Of a stretch of 64,000 bases of DNA, positions 11,721 to 24,439 are shown piece by piece (position 1 is the first letter of the stretch; each line of letters opens with the position of its first letter). The DNA comes from Chiloscyllium plagiosum (Eukaryota), in assembly GCF_004010195.1 (NCBI RefSeq), contig NC_057752.1:3647639-3711638 (forward strand). The letters are read 5' to 3'. Below the pieces are notes generated by a model that saw nothing but the letters and a program-made list of their open reading frames with translations, was not told where the DNA came from and did no database searches. Position numbers and translations under genes: made by a program.

Positions 11721-14700
11721 AAAACTGTTTTCTGGTTCTGAATGGTCCCAGACCCTTAAGCTTCTAAAGCAGCTTACTGGGCATGAACTGGCAGCTAGCC
11801 AATTCCTCCACCACCTCGGCCCCTCCCACCCCACACACACAGTGAGGGTGGAAATCTAAGGCGGGACCCAGAGAGCACCTCCTGCAATTCCAACACTGGA
11901 CCCAATCCCGCCAGCAGTTGAGTATCCTACTCCAAGTCTCTACCTCTGGATGGAAGGTGGGCACAGAGCTCGACCTGCCTGGCGTCTCTCACCAATAAAC
12001 TCAAACTATAGAAGGGATTCCTTCGGCTGACAAGCTCAAGCAGGGCGTGACCGTCAGGAAATAGCGAGCACGGAGAAATTATATTTCCCCATCACCCCCA
12101 ATTAGCAACGGCTATCTCACAGTGGAATTCCATTCAATATTTAGTGTTCAACTTGAATGCGCAGGTTCCTTCAAAGCAAGAGCTCGCTCGCAAGTAAATT
12201 ACAAAGCGGCCCCTCGAGTCAAACTATTGCTGATTGTAAGGAACACAGTATATTGTCACAGCAAAGGGACTGTTGTCTTCAAGAAACACATCCAAATGCA
12301 TGTCAGGAGGCACTCCAGCTCACTGCGGGAGCTGAACATGACTTGCATGTAGTTCTCTCACTGCTAGATATGCAGCAGACTGCTCCTTAATCTATGATAA
12401 TTAGCTTCTCCCTCAGAGAAGAGAAGAAAGCTTGTAAATATTAAAATAACAGTTAAAACATAGCCATAAAACACTTTGAAGCTGGTTTCTGGAATACCTC
12501 CTCCCGACTATTACGATATTCAAAATCCACATTTTAACCTTTGGAGTTGCATATTTCTTAAATACCCAATTGACTGTCATAAGATAAGTTATCAACCATT
12601 TTAAAACATTCAGCGTGATTTCCCTTCTCTTTGTCTCTTAATGGAATTTCAAACAGTCTGGCATCCGTAGTCTGCAATTACAGTCTCTAATTCATTTCCA
12701 AATGCCTTAAAGAAGAGATGTAAGCAACAATTCAAATGGACGAAAGAAAGCAATCGGAGAGATAGTTAAAACATTTCTTTGATTAGAGGGCATCAAAAAG
12801 TGCTTCAAAGGGATAATGGAAAGACTTTACAATATTCACATTTGCCTCACGATACTCAGAAGCAAGCCTTCAGATATTGCTGAAAGCTGTAGGGATTTTT
12901 TTGTGGGAACTTAAAGACAGTAACATCAATTCATAAGAAGCTGAACTGAAATGAAAACGCAGAAAATAAAAGCTCTATACAAAACCCAACATCTACTTCC
13001 GGCAAACCATGGACACTGTGTACAAATTATTTCCATATACTGGTTTTACACAAGATCTTCCTTTCCATAAATACATGACAAAGGGGGTAAATTGCACCAG
13101 GGCCCAGAACTCTAATTGATTGCATGCCTAAAGATCATATATTCTGTCCTTTTCTTGATGTAAGAATGTTATCCTATATTATTAACCATTAATTAGCAAA
13201 ACTTCCAACAGTTCAGCAACTGGGAGGTAGATAGGGTTTACTGTACTGACTGAGGGACTGAGAGACACGAAGCTGAAATACTGCAATACCTGGTTGGAGA
13301 ATGTAATTATGATGTGACACTTTTATATTGGAAGCTCCCATTATAAATATTATGAGCATTTATCAGGGGGAAAAAGTTGACATAGTGTGCTGAAAGCATG
13401 ACAGCAAGAAGTAGGGTTTTGTAGACAGGGAGTGCCCATTGACATAAGCTTTAAAACATTTGATTGGGGAATTTAAGTGTCTGAAAATTAAAATTGCTTG
13501 GTTCCAGCTCTGCTATAAGTAAGGACTGAAGTTATGCAAACGCTCTCTTTGTATGGTACACCGGGGTTGTTTCTCAGACCCGAAAGCAAATCTAAAAGTG
13601 CAACGCCATAGCTCTGTAAATGGTTTCTGGGTTATTGCTTCGCAACGTGTGGTGTGAGCCCTCAAGCTGCTTGGTTTCAGCTGGCACCATGCTGAGTTAG
13701 CTCGGATGCAGTGTTTAATCTCTGCACCTTCGTGCTCGCTGATCAGCACGGGTTCCAACTCTGGTTACTGACCTGGGCTTCCTGCTGGACAGGTCATTAT
13801 TATTAAGCACGTGTCGAATTTCTGATGACTCAGAGAGTAATCTATACTGCATTGACATTTTGTAAACGCTACTGTCCAATATTCTAACCAATTCCATACC
13901 AATATTTCTCAAGTTGACAGGGAAAAATTGACATACTGGACATGCGCTACAGAAACATAACTTACTCGAACCCAGTCTTGCTTGCTACCATATAGAAGGG
14001 CACATGTGCTTTCATAATGCCACTCGTTTCGACATCAGCCGACCCTGTAAAAGTTGGTTCTTGCCCTTTTAAAGTTAATGGTGACTGCTTAGTTGATGAA
14101 TTAGCAATATGATGTTTTTAAGAGTGCAGCACTTGTGATTCATGTGCATTAACAGCTAGTCCCTTGTGATGCATGAGGCAATTACAACTTCAAACAAGCA
14201 TTACAACGGCATTCCGGTCTTCAGAGTTTTTCCTGTTTGGAAAAATAGCCAACGCCTCCGTTTTCAAGGAGTTACTGTGGATACCTGCTTTCAATCGAAT
14301 ATCCAAAGATCCAGACTAATCTGCTTCAATAGTCATTAATATAGTCAAATCAGCTGAAGTTGCTAGATATGGTATCAGCCATAAAACACTTGCCGACCTA
14401 TAAAATGCCTTTGTTCTATTTGAAGGGATAGAACCAGGTCTATATTCAATGGGAGCATGTATTTTAATATAAAGAGAAATATCCTCTGGAATTGCACAGT
14501 ACTAGCGCGCAATGAAATGGCATCCCCAAAAGCATTTATTACTTTTAAATATCATGTGAAACAAGAAAGAGCCATCTCACTTTCCTTATAACCATCGGTC
14601 TTGGAGTATTTATTAAATGGTAGCTCGGGAGAAACGGAAAATTGCGACCAAGTGTTTTCGCAAGTTCAAGCGCCTCCCCATACCGCAACAGCACCTCCTG

Positions 14701-17700
14701 GTGGCCGGTTTGTGGAGATCAACGAAACACGAGACCAGGGCAACTGCTGAGAAAGCGCCCGCAGAGGTATAATCACGGGGGAGAGAGCTGAGAGAGAAGT
14801 ACATCAGGCATTTCAAAGGCAATGTGTTTCATGCTCATTTTAAGCAATCATCCGTGTGTGAGATAAAAGGGACAGGAACTGAAGACCATTTAATAACAAG
14901 TATGGACAATTTATGGAATTATCTGCAATTGATTTCATATCGACACAAACCATGCTCAGCTCCTTTAAAGAAAGCATTCGAACATTCATACGCACTGGTA
15001 CTGTAATGTCCTAAGGTGTATCACTCCAAGTGTCGTGTAATGGAGAGTATGGAGTGCTAGTTGTGTTATGTGTGTGAATTGTGCTGTGAAACAGTCATCA
15101 AATACATACTTTCAGCATGTGACTCTTGATACACGTTCGTTAAAGCTGCCGAGTGTCTATTCGTTAATTTTCAAAGTTTGCCTAAAGCATTCAGAAAGGA
15201 GAGCTGAAAAATGAGCCGAGGTAACACGTACCAAAGCTACTATGACACAAACAACTGAATATGTGTTCCTTTGCCGAAAGATTGGGGGGAAGCTCGGTTT
15301 GGATTTATCTAGTAACCCCTTCCATTGCCACTGTATCTCTCCACACCCATATAAAAGTAAACGCGAGGCGGAATTAAGCAGAAAAGACATCATTGCACAA
15401 ATAAGATGTAGAACAACTATTCAACAAGACATCCCAATCCCCTGTTTCATAAAACGGCATGTAAATTATTGAGCATTTAATGAATGCAACCTGACAACAT
15501 GTGATTTATGAACTTTAATACAAAATGCAGAATGCAGTAGACCTTCCATTTCTATTCTGCAAATTAAAGAGTCCTCTATTTTCCAACTTATTTTTATTTG
15601 CAAAACTGAAATGATCATAATTGTGAAATCCTTCTTATTATGTTCCGTTTTATCTGATTTTAATGCTTGTCTGTAAGTATATAATGAATTATTACCTTTT
15701 CCTTTCTCTGCATTGTCATCACAACTCAAAATCTACCATCATGATGATTTTTCAATAAACTAATTATTTATCTATCTATAAAAGCCATGTGTTCCTTGCT
15801 TAACCTGCCTGAACAGCTTTTTTCACATTAAATCTGCTGTCATCAGGCCCCTTTGTTGACACTGAGCCATTGTTCACAGATTCCACAATCTTTTAGCAAT
15901 TATAAAATTGTACAGCCCCTGTAACATGTTGCATTTCACTTCGAACCTGTTCATTAAAATAATGAGTTTCTGAAAATGAAATCAAAGCAGCCAGGTTTAC
16001 TTTTTTCGACAGTGAGGAGATTTTTTTAACAACCAAGTTATAAACGTATTTCCTTTCAGCGTTGGTGACTCAGTCCCTCCTCAGCTCAGTCGTCGCCAAT
16101 GTTACCAGCTCTAGTATTGCTGGGGATTTAAGTTCTAAAGGCTCTAGCTATTGTTTAGGACTTCCCTCAAGTGCTCATAGTTTGAATGTGTACTGATAAA
16201 GTGAACAACAGAAGGTTATTTTGCCAATGGGGGTGCTGTTCACGTCCATTATCCATACCTGTGCTTTTAGCAGAGCTTACCCACTCATGTTCATGAGTTG
16301 GAAATCTGGTTGATTTCCCTCTCCCTGACCTCAAGGGCACTGAATGCCACTTTCATTCCATCAACTGAAATCTGCTAAGGCAGCGACACAGGGACCAAGC
16401 CCAAGACTGAGGTCGCTGGTCGCTGGATCAACTTGCTGAGCCTTCAGTGAGGAAACATTCAGGCTCGTGGAGTTCAGGAATCACTGAGAACAATCTCCAT
16501 TCAAACGAGACTTTGTCAAGATCAGGTAAAACACAGGAAACATCTAAAGCTCCTTTTTCCTGGTCCCCTGTTATGGTTAATGCAGTGAGTGTTGGCAGGT
16601 GGGCCCACAAGCTGAAGGTGAGAGATCACGGTAAAATCCATGCCATGGTCTCTCAGTAGGGTTGTCATCTCTGGTCCTGGGGATGCTCCCCTCCCTGCCT
16701 CCAATCGCCCCACCTCTCCACATTCACTGCTGTCATGACAAGCTCTCCCACTGAAAAGAAAATAGACTCATCATGAGCTCATTCTTGACCATCCATTAAA
16801 GCTCCCTTTTCCTATAGTCCAATATTGTAATGACTCATAAACAAAAGTGTTCATTTCTTTTTTTTTCAATTTCCTCTCTTCTCGCCCCTGTGGCTGCTTG
16901 GAGCAATGTCTGACAGATTAGTCTTTATTTCCTCCTGACTCCCAGGGCAATCCTGGAGAGTTGGCAAGCCTATCTCTCAGAGAGACACAAGTTTCATCAC
17001 AAGCTGCAGAATCATGCTCACTGGAAACTGAGATGAAAGCAGCCCCAAGCTCATTTGAATTAAGAGTTGCAGCAAATATCTCCCATGGACAGAAAGAGGA
17101 AATTTTCAGTGGGATTAACCCTTCGATGAAAGAAACAATAATTCACTGCTCTGTCCGCAAGTATATCTTTTTATTTTGATTGGTTACTCCAATCTGGGCC
17201 AATTACAGCAAAGTCCAACTTAGCTGAGGGCATAAGGACAATGTATTTGTGTTTATTTCCTGACATGCAAACACAAAATTACTTCACTCTCAGTCATGCA
17301 CACAATCATAAAGTGCACTTGCCTACCTAGAGATAAGACACATTTAATCATTTGATCGTCAAAAGTGGAATGGATTTCTTGAAGAGTGAATTAAAATTTT
17401 AGGCAGCTCTAACTTTAACTATTTCAGGTCAAAATAGAGTGTGCCAGTTGGTAATCGACAGTAAATAGACTTCCCAGATCAGACACTTAAAAGACAAATT
17501 GTTTGTATTTTGGATGGGCAGAATTTGAAGGCATGCTTGAAATTCAGATGGCTACCTAAAGGAGATCTAATTTAATTCAGAGCTGGAAATGCAGGCGATT
17601 CCGTAGTCTGTAATCAAAATGTAACAGTACCGCACATTGAAGCAGAGAGAAAAGCATGATTTACCCATGACAATTATGCATTTAAAGTCCTTGTCATTTC

Positions 17701-18662
17701 TTCATGAACTAAAAATCTAATCGCACAGTTCATGTCAGAAGGCATGTAAACTTAAGGCTCCTGTCAATCCCCTATTGAGGTCACGGCCAGGCTCGGTCGA
17801 AAGGCTGTTTTGTAGGTGGGATTCACAGCAGAATCAGCATGTCACTAGAACTGACACTGTTCATTGTTTGTACACACACACACACAAGAAAATTTGTTTG
17901 AAACAAAATAAGTGAGGCATCTCGGGGGCAGTGTTAACGGATAGTATACTTCTGTTTGATCCATGATTGCCAAGTAGCAATCACTATAAACGCCAAACCC
18001 TTCCCACCCAGTTTATACATAGGCATGAACTGCAATGGATAGCTCATTGAGAGCCCCAGATTTCAGATTCCCAAGCCTTGAGTTGTAAGGACGGTACCTC
18101 TGAGAATTGGTACCTCTGAACATTATAGCTCATAACCAATGAATACTACGACCCAGCCTTGTGTTTCTCAAATGGAAAGATTTCAAGTCTGTGTCGATGG
18201 AACTGTAACTTATTGCTACCATTACCCTGATGTTAAATGGTAACTGTTGCTCTGTCAAGTTTCTTGTTTCATGGCTCTATGCTCCCTGCAGACAAAAGGG
18301 GGGGGGGGGGGGAAGAAGAAGGGGAGGGGGAAGGGGAAGGTCTCTTTCACTTTGAAGCACAGGAAACCTCGGGATGTTTTCCAAAAGTCTCTGTTTCCCT
18401 TGGGCTGACTGCATTGTTGCATAGCCCCCAGACAGCAAGTGATAATGCTCTCCCTTGAGTTCCTATCAAGAGATGCCCCACCAGGATCATAGTCAAGGAA
18501 GCAACCAGTCAGGATGGTTACAACAGCCAAACAAAAACACAACAGACTGTCTCTGAGCTAACCATTCAGATGGGATGATCTCCAATCACATGGAGCCCAC
18601 CAACGCCTAGTCTGGAGCCACATGGCGTGACAATGGAGAAAACTTTCGAGTTGGAGCAAGGT

Positions 18663-18668
18663 ACTCAC
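18663..18668 (-). other. 5' splice donor GTGAGT ending the ASIC exon
   Basis: Plus strand ACTCAC at 18663-18668. ASIC homology stops exactly here (..HFKV|), matching the known ASIC exon boundary before VFTRYGKC. Confidence 0.9.
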
Positions 18669-19226
18669 GACTTTGAAGTGCTGGTGGGTACACTCTTCCC
18701 CTCTGTACTTGCAGCCGAGCAACATGTCTCTCATCTCATGGCCGGCTCGGTCATAGAACTCCCTCATGTTGAAGGGCTTGGGCTTGAAATTCCGAAAGTT
18801 AGCCTTCTCGATGAGCACCTCCAGGACGTGCTTCTCGGCCACGTAAGGGTCAGGGATCTCGTAGCGGTTGTTGAGCAGTCCCAGCAGCTCGCCGGCGTGG
18901 TACAGGTCGTTCTTGGTGATCTTGCTGAAGCGGAACTGGTTGAGGTTGCAGACGGTGACCGCGGGGAAGGTCAGGTTGAAGGCGGTGACCTCGTCCACCT
19001 TGGTGACATGCGGGTACTCGAAGTAATACTGGATCCGCTGCACGAAGACGTGAACCAGGAAGGAGAGGGAGCCCAGGAAAGCCAGGGTCCAGACGATGCG
19101 CCTGAAGGAGAAGCGCTCGTACGTGAAGATGTGACCGATGCCGTGCAGCGTGGAGCTGGTGGCGAAAGCCTGGACGCTGGAAGGCTGCGAGCTGCCCATA
19201 GCCCCGGGCTCTGCCTTTACATCCAT
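18669..19226 (-). CDS. asic1: First coding exon (186 codons) of an acid-sensing ion channel (DEG/ENaC family; ASIC1a-like or ASIC1c-like N-terminus, TM1 and start of the ectodomain)
   Basis: Translation [34 protein letters not shown]...[13 protein letters not shown]...[41 protein letters not shown]...[23 protein letters not shown]...[12 protein letters not shown]. It has the HG gating motif, TM1 and the FPAVTxCNxN DEG/ENaC signature. ATG at 19226; phase-0 donor GTC|GTGAGT at 18669/18668. The paralog (asic1 vs asic1c/ASIC3 lineage) is uncertain. Confidence 0.93.
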
Positions 19227-19236
19227 CTGGGGGGGG

Positions 19237-19274
19237 NNNNNNNNNNNNNNNNNNNNNNNNNNNNNNNNNNNNNN
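19237..19274. other. Assembly gap (N run) just upstream of the ASIC ATG
   Basis: N characters. Confidence 1.
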
Positions 19275-19700
19275 GGGAACAAGGGGTGGGGGAGAAATAT
19301 ACACAGGCAGATCCGGAGATTTTGGTGTTGGGGGTGGGGGGGGGAATAACCCAGAGAGGCGATCAATAGAAAGAGAGAGCAAAGCAGCTCCTTGCTCTCT
19401 CTCTGTGTGTGTGTCTCTCTCTCTCTCTCTCTGTGTATGTGTGTATATATAGAGAGCAAACGCTCCAAGCACTGGAAAGCTCCCCTCCTTTGAAAGAGTC
19501 TCCTGCTTCTGATGAATGACAGGCTGCTCGCTTTCAGGAAAGCAAGAGGGCTCGCTCCCAGATAGGTTCAGCAGAAAATCGTCATTTTTTTAAAAAAAAT
19601 ATATATACATATATTTTGATTGCACGTTTCAGCTCCCCCCCCCCCCCCATATCTTTTTTTTTCAAAAATATACTCTATTCATTAAAAGAAAAGAAAATTC
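19275..19700 (-). promoter_or_regulatory. Probable 5' UTR / proximal promoter of the ASIC gene, with (CT)n/(GT)n microsatellite
   Basis: Unique TE-free sequence directly upstream of the ATG; CT/GT dinucleotide runs at ~19393-19452 and G/C homopolymer tracts. The TSS cannot be determined. Confidence 0.4.
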
Positions 19701-20117
19701 CTTGTCACGAGTGCAGCTCGGTGCTGCACAGTAGCAGATCAAGTCAACAAACATTTGCAACAAAACACAGAAATTGCAACACCCCAGGAGAGAAATCAGA
19801 GTTAAATGTATTCAGGTGGAGTGAGCTTTCCTCAAATCTCTTGTTTTCTGACGGACAGCATCCGCAGTTCTTTAGGATTTTGAACGAACATTTCAGTCTG
19901 ACTCTCAACATAACCTCTCTTGCACATATCAATGTTTCAAGTTGAGATTTGTGCTTTTGGTCAGTTTGTTCATACAAAGCTATTGGATCAACTTCCACCT
20001 TTCTGTGACTTCCTCACAGAGGCACTGGAGTTTTGTGGGCAATTTATAATTTTTTTTAAAAAGAAGGCAAATCCAAGACTATGTTTACATGGGCTGGCTC
20101 ACTTGCAATGCAGCTTC

Positions 20118-20362
20118 AGATTACATTCCCCTACAGTGTGGAAACAGGCCCTTCGGCCAAACCAGTCCATGCCGACCAGATATCCCTTGTCCCATTTGCC
20201 AACATTTGGCCCATATCCCTCCAAACCCTTCCTATTCATATACCCATCCAGATGCCTCTTAAATGTTGTAATTGTACCAGCCTCCACCACATCCTCTGGC
20301 AGCTCATTCCATACACGTACCACCCTCTGTGTGGAAAAAGTTGCCCCTTAGGTCCCTTTTAA
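20118..20362 (-). mobile_element. HER1/CR1 3' fragment
   Basis: VVRVWNELPEDVVEAGTITTFKRHLDGYMNRKGLEGYG plus tail. Confidence 0.88.
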
Positions 20363-20539
20363 ATCACTTCTACCGCTGTATGCGTTGGAAGAATTGCGTG
20401 GTTGGTCGTTGAGCTCTCTCCTTGACCGGCAAGTCCTGGAGCTTTTTTGCTCAGAGGCTACCCACTGCTGCACAAGACTCCCAGGCAGAATTCTAAACAG
20501 AAAGATTACAAGCCGCACCTTGACCGTGACTCTCACACC

Positions 20540-21500
20540 ATCGGCCTGCTTCACAGCCAATGAAGCACTCTTTTTTTATTTTGAAGTGTGGTCGTACTTG
20601 CGCTGGAAGAAGCATAGCGGCCAACGTGTGCATAGCAAGATCCCACAAACAGCAAACACATGATGACCAGAGGTGGTGGGACAAGTGTTGCTCAGGACAT
20701 TGAGGAGAATGACCTTGCTGTTATCAGCTCGTGGAGATGTCCAGCATGAAACAGACCCTTCGGTCCAACTCGTCCATGCAAATTAGATAGTCCAAATTCA
20801 TCTAGTCCGACTTAGAGTCATAGAGATGTACAGCACGGAAACAGACCCTTCGGTCCAACTTGTCCATGACGACCAGACCTCTGAAATAAATCCAGTCCCA
20901 TTTGCCTGGCCCATATCCCTCCAAACCCTTCCTATTCATATATCCATCCAGATGCCTTTAAATGTTGTAATTGTACCAGCCTCCACCACTTCCTCTGGCA
21001 GCTCACTCCACCCTCTGCGTGAAAAACTGGCCCCTTAGGTCCCTTTTAAATTTTTCCCCTCTCACATTTAACCTATGCCCCTCTAGTTCTGGACTCCCCC
21101 AGCCCAGGGAAAAGATCTTGCCTATTCACCCTACCCATGCCCCTCATGATTTTATTAACCTCTATAAGGTCACCCCTCAGCCTCCGACGCTCCAGGGAAA
21201 ACAGCCCCAGCCTGTTCAGCCTCTCCCTGTAGGTCAGATCCTCCAACCCTGGCAACATCCTTGTAAATCTTTTCTGAACCCTTTCAAGTTTCACAACATC
21301 CTTCCTATAGCAGGGGGACCAGAACCGGACCTTAAGTTCTTCAACATAATGCCGTGTGATCTTATACACCCAGCTGAGAGGGCAGACAGTCTCCCTGTTT
21401 AACATCTCGTTTTGAAAACAGCACCTTCGACTGTGCGGCACTCGCTCAGTGCTGGATTGTGTGCTTATATCACGAGGGTGGAACATGAACTACCAACCCG
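20540..21500 (-). mobile_element. Deu-domain-type SINE (20540-20730 and 21335-21500) split by a HER1/CR1 insertion (20730-21330)
   Basis: Deu-like body (GCTGTTTGTGGGATCTTGCT..TTGGCCGC and CAGTCGAAGGTGCTGTTTTCAAAACGAGATGTTAAAC on the minus strand) flanks a HER1 RT 3' end (VRFWSPCYRKDVVKLERVQKRFTRMLPG). Confidence 0.65.
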
Positions 21501-21761
21501 AACTGTATTTGGACCACAGGTTTACAACGTTGTTAAACATATTGCACAGAGTAAACTCAGCCAGTGTTATATCCATATCACATGATGCTGCTATTCTCAG
21601 GTTAAAAAAAACACAAAGGTGCAATCACTGAAAGGGGAGGGAAGAATAGTTGACGTATGCAGCCACCTATCAGTAAGAAGCCCAATCCAAGTTGTTGAGA
21701 ATTGCACACCCTCATTCAGTGTTTATGTTTGGAACACAGCTCTCTTCCCTCAACATGAAAT

Positions 21762-22453
21762 GCAGGTTAATAGCTCCTTGAAAGTCGCAGGTAGATAGGA
21801 TAGTGAAGAAGGCGTTTGGTATGCTTTCCTTTATTGCTCAGAGTATTGAGTACAGGAGTTGGGAGGTCATGTTGTGGCTGTACAGGACATTGGTTAGGCC
21901 ACTGTTGGAATATTGTGTGCGATTCTGGTCTCCTTCCTATCGGAAAGATGTTGTGAAACTTGAAAGGGTTCAGAAAAGATTTACAAGGATGTTGCCAGGG
22001 TTGGAGGATTTGAGCTATAGGGAGAGGCTGAACAGGCTGGGGCTGTTTTCCCTGGAGCATCGGAGGCTGAGGGGTGACTTTATAGAGGTTTACAAAATTA
22101 TGAGAGGCATGGATAGGGTAAATAGGCAAAGTCTTTTCCCTGGGGTCGGGGAGTTCAGAACTATAGGGCATCGGTTTAGGGTGAGAGGAGAAAGATATAA
22201 AAGAGACCTAAGGGGCAACTTTTTCACACAGAGGGTGGTACGTGTATGGAATGAGCTGTCAGAGGAAGTGGTGGAGGCTGGTACAATTACAGCATTTAAA
22301 AGGCATTTGGATGGGTATATGGATAGGAAGGGTTTGAAGGGATATAGGCTGGGTGCTGGTAGGTGGGACTAGATTGGGTTGGGATATCTGGTCGGCATGG
22401 ACGGGTTGGACCGAAGGGTTTGTTTCCATGCTGTACATCTCTATGACTCTATG
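21762..22453 (+). mobile_element. HER1/CR1 LINE 3' end, relatively young
   Basis: 189-aa open frame KKAFGMLSFIAQSIEYRSWEVMLWLYRTLVRPLLEYCVRFWSP...FKRHLDGYMDRKG; tail CTCTATGACTCTATG. Confidence 0.92.
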
Positions 22454-23632
22454 TAATATTTCTGGATTGTTCCCTGGTCGTTCACCGTGAGTAATCTAAA
22501 ATTTATGACACGGTGATCACTCAGGAAACTGCAAAATCGCTGCCCGACCAATCAAAATAATATGATTCACTGTCACTCGAAAATATTAAAGTCCCCGTCC
22601 TTGTTCAGCAATCTGCCGAGTTCCTGGAGACTGTGGCGCTGTCAAACAGACCGAAGGGTCTGTTTCCATGCTGTACATGTCTATGACTCTATAACACATC
22701 CCATTGACCAGAGTCAAGAGGGCTTAGGTGGAGAATAGATGTGCTGAAGCTGAGGGCATCTGTTGGTGATTAACCTGCAGAGTTGCTTCCTGCCGAGCAA
22801 TACCCATTGTGGCCATTGACATATTGCAGGCCTCTCTAGAGCTAAACAAGGAGATGTGTAGGCCACAGTGATGAGTCTACACCTCCAAGATTCCATGGGT
22901 GGGCAAGGCTGGTTCGTCAGCTGTAAATGTACCTGGCTCATGTATCAGACAACCAAGTCTAGCATGGATGGGATTGATTTGTTTCTGAGCTTTCTATACT
23001 AAATTGTCGTTGCCTCAACCTTAAACCTGCTTACGTCTCCCCCAAACAGTCATCAGCTATGTTCCCTCCCCTCCACGTTTTCTCAAAGTCCTCATGCCAA
23101 TGTCTGTTCTTTTCCTACGACACTTTAAAGATGGTAGCACCCAGAGAGAGGGCTATCAATAATATCCCTGTATCTATTTCTGCGCTACATTTCTATTATA
23201 AATGATGCATCCATAAATAATGCAGCAAAGAACTCCGAGGTAAGAGCAAATGTTAAATCTTTGCGAATCCACGAGTTGTTGAAGATATGATATTATATCG
23301 GGACTGTGAGCTGCTCTGATTATATAATGAGTGAACCTTTGTCTGAGTTTTTGAGCATTTGCTCAAATAACGAAAATTTAAATAGACAGAAAACTTTAAT
23401 AGTTTGTCGCCAACAGGGATAAGTTCGTTTTCAAACTGGAAAAGGCGATTTGACAGAAAAAACTTTATCTTTTTGAGAAACAACTCCACCACATCACCAC
23501 GTCCTTCAATCTCTCCAGAAACAAATCTGAGTCTTCATTCCACTCACACCAATTTCATCAATCTTTCTCCCTTTAAGTGAAAATAGGTTTTCTTGACTTC
23601 CTATCTTATTCTCTGCACAGAGTGACTATTCA

Positions 23633-23920
23633 AGATTAGATTCCCTCCATTGTGGAAACAGGCCCTTCGGCCCAACAAGTCCACGCTGACCCTCCGAAGA
23701 GTAACTCGCCCAGACCCATTTTCCCTCTGACTAATGCACCTAACACTATGGGCAATTTGGCATGACCAACTCACCGGGCCTGCACATCTTTGGACTGTGG
23801 GAGGAAACCCGCGTAGACACGGGGAGAATGTGCAAACTCCACACGGACAGTTGCCCAAGGCTAATATCGAACCTGGTGCTATGAGGCAGCAGTGCTAACC
23901 ACTGAGCCACCGTGCTGCCC
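23633..23920 (-). mobile_element. HE1-type V-SINE
   Basis: Head GGCAGCACGGTGGCTCAGTGGTTAGCACTGCTGCCTCA and tail ..GGAATCTAATCT on the minus strand. Confidence 0.88.
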
Positions 23921-24439
23921 CCAAGTTTATGGTGATGATGGATGTGAATATAGATCTTTTTGTTATTCCTTCAGGATATGTATTTATTTATTTAGGCATA
24001 TTTGAGTGTGCTTTTGGCATCCACTTTCAAAGATAATTTTCTATAAACCCGTGTGGAGTTCTCCCAAGTGTCCCACTCATCTCCCAAATTCCTCAATCAA
24101 TATCACCAAACAAAAAGGATTACCTGGTCATTATTCTATTGCTGTTTGCAAGGACTTACTGCAGTGTGAGAACGGACTGCTGCGTTTTCTACATTCCAAC
24201 AATGACACTTCTGCCTGAGTTGGCAGCAGAGCCACCTGGTTTCACTTTTCTCTTCCACCCAGACTGTATGCCGAACCAAGCGTTTGGTACAAATAAGACA
24301 AAATGCGTTGTTGTCACATTATTGAGGTCGTACCCATTGTGTACATACAAAGTGTGCTCGGCTCAAGTGAAAAATGGGGGCTGTGTTTTCGGGTTCAGAA
24401 TATTCCGAAGCTTGTCACTGTGATGATCTGGAACAACTA

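Noticed and set aside
18627..19349. 240-aa plus-strand ORF
   Set aside because: Antisense shadow of the GC3-rich ASIC exon.
18558..19472. 304-aa ORF taken as a complete protein
   Set aside because: The N-terminal part runs through microsatellites and an N-gap, and the part after ..HFKV is intron read-through past the GT donor. Only 19226-18669 is supported.
19500..19545. CTGATGA...GAAAGC near the ASIC promoter as a possible hammerhead
   Set aside because: No convincing stem I or stem II pairing and no UH cleavage triplet in register; probably chance.
19845..19865. ACGGACAGCATCC as a REST/RE1 site
   Set aside because: It resembles only the right half-site; there is no TTCAGCACC left half at canonical spacing.
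21803..22372. 189-aa ORF as a host gene
   Set aside because: C-terminal part of the HER1/CR1 ORF2, 5'-truncated, with several paralogous copies in the window.
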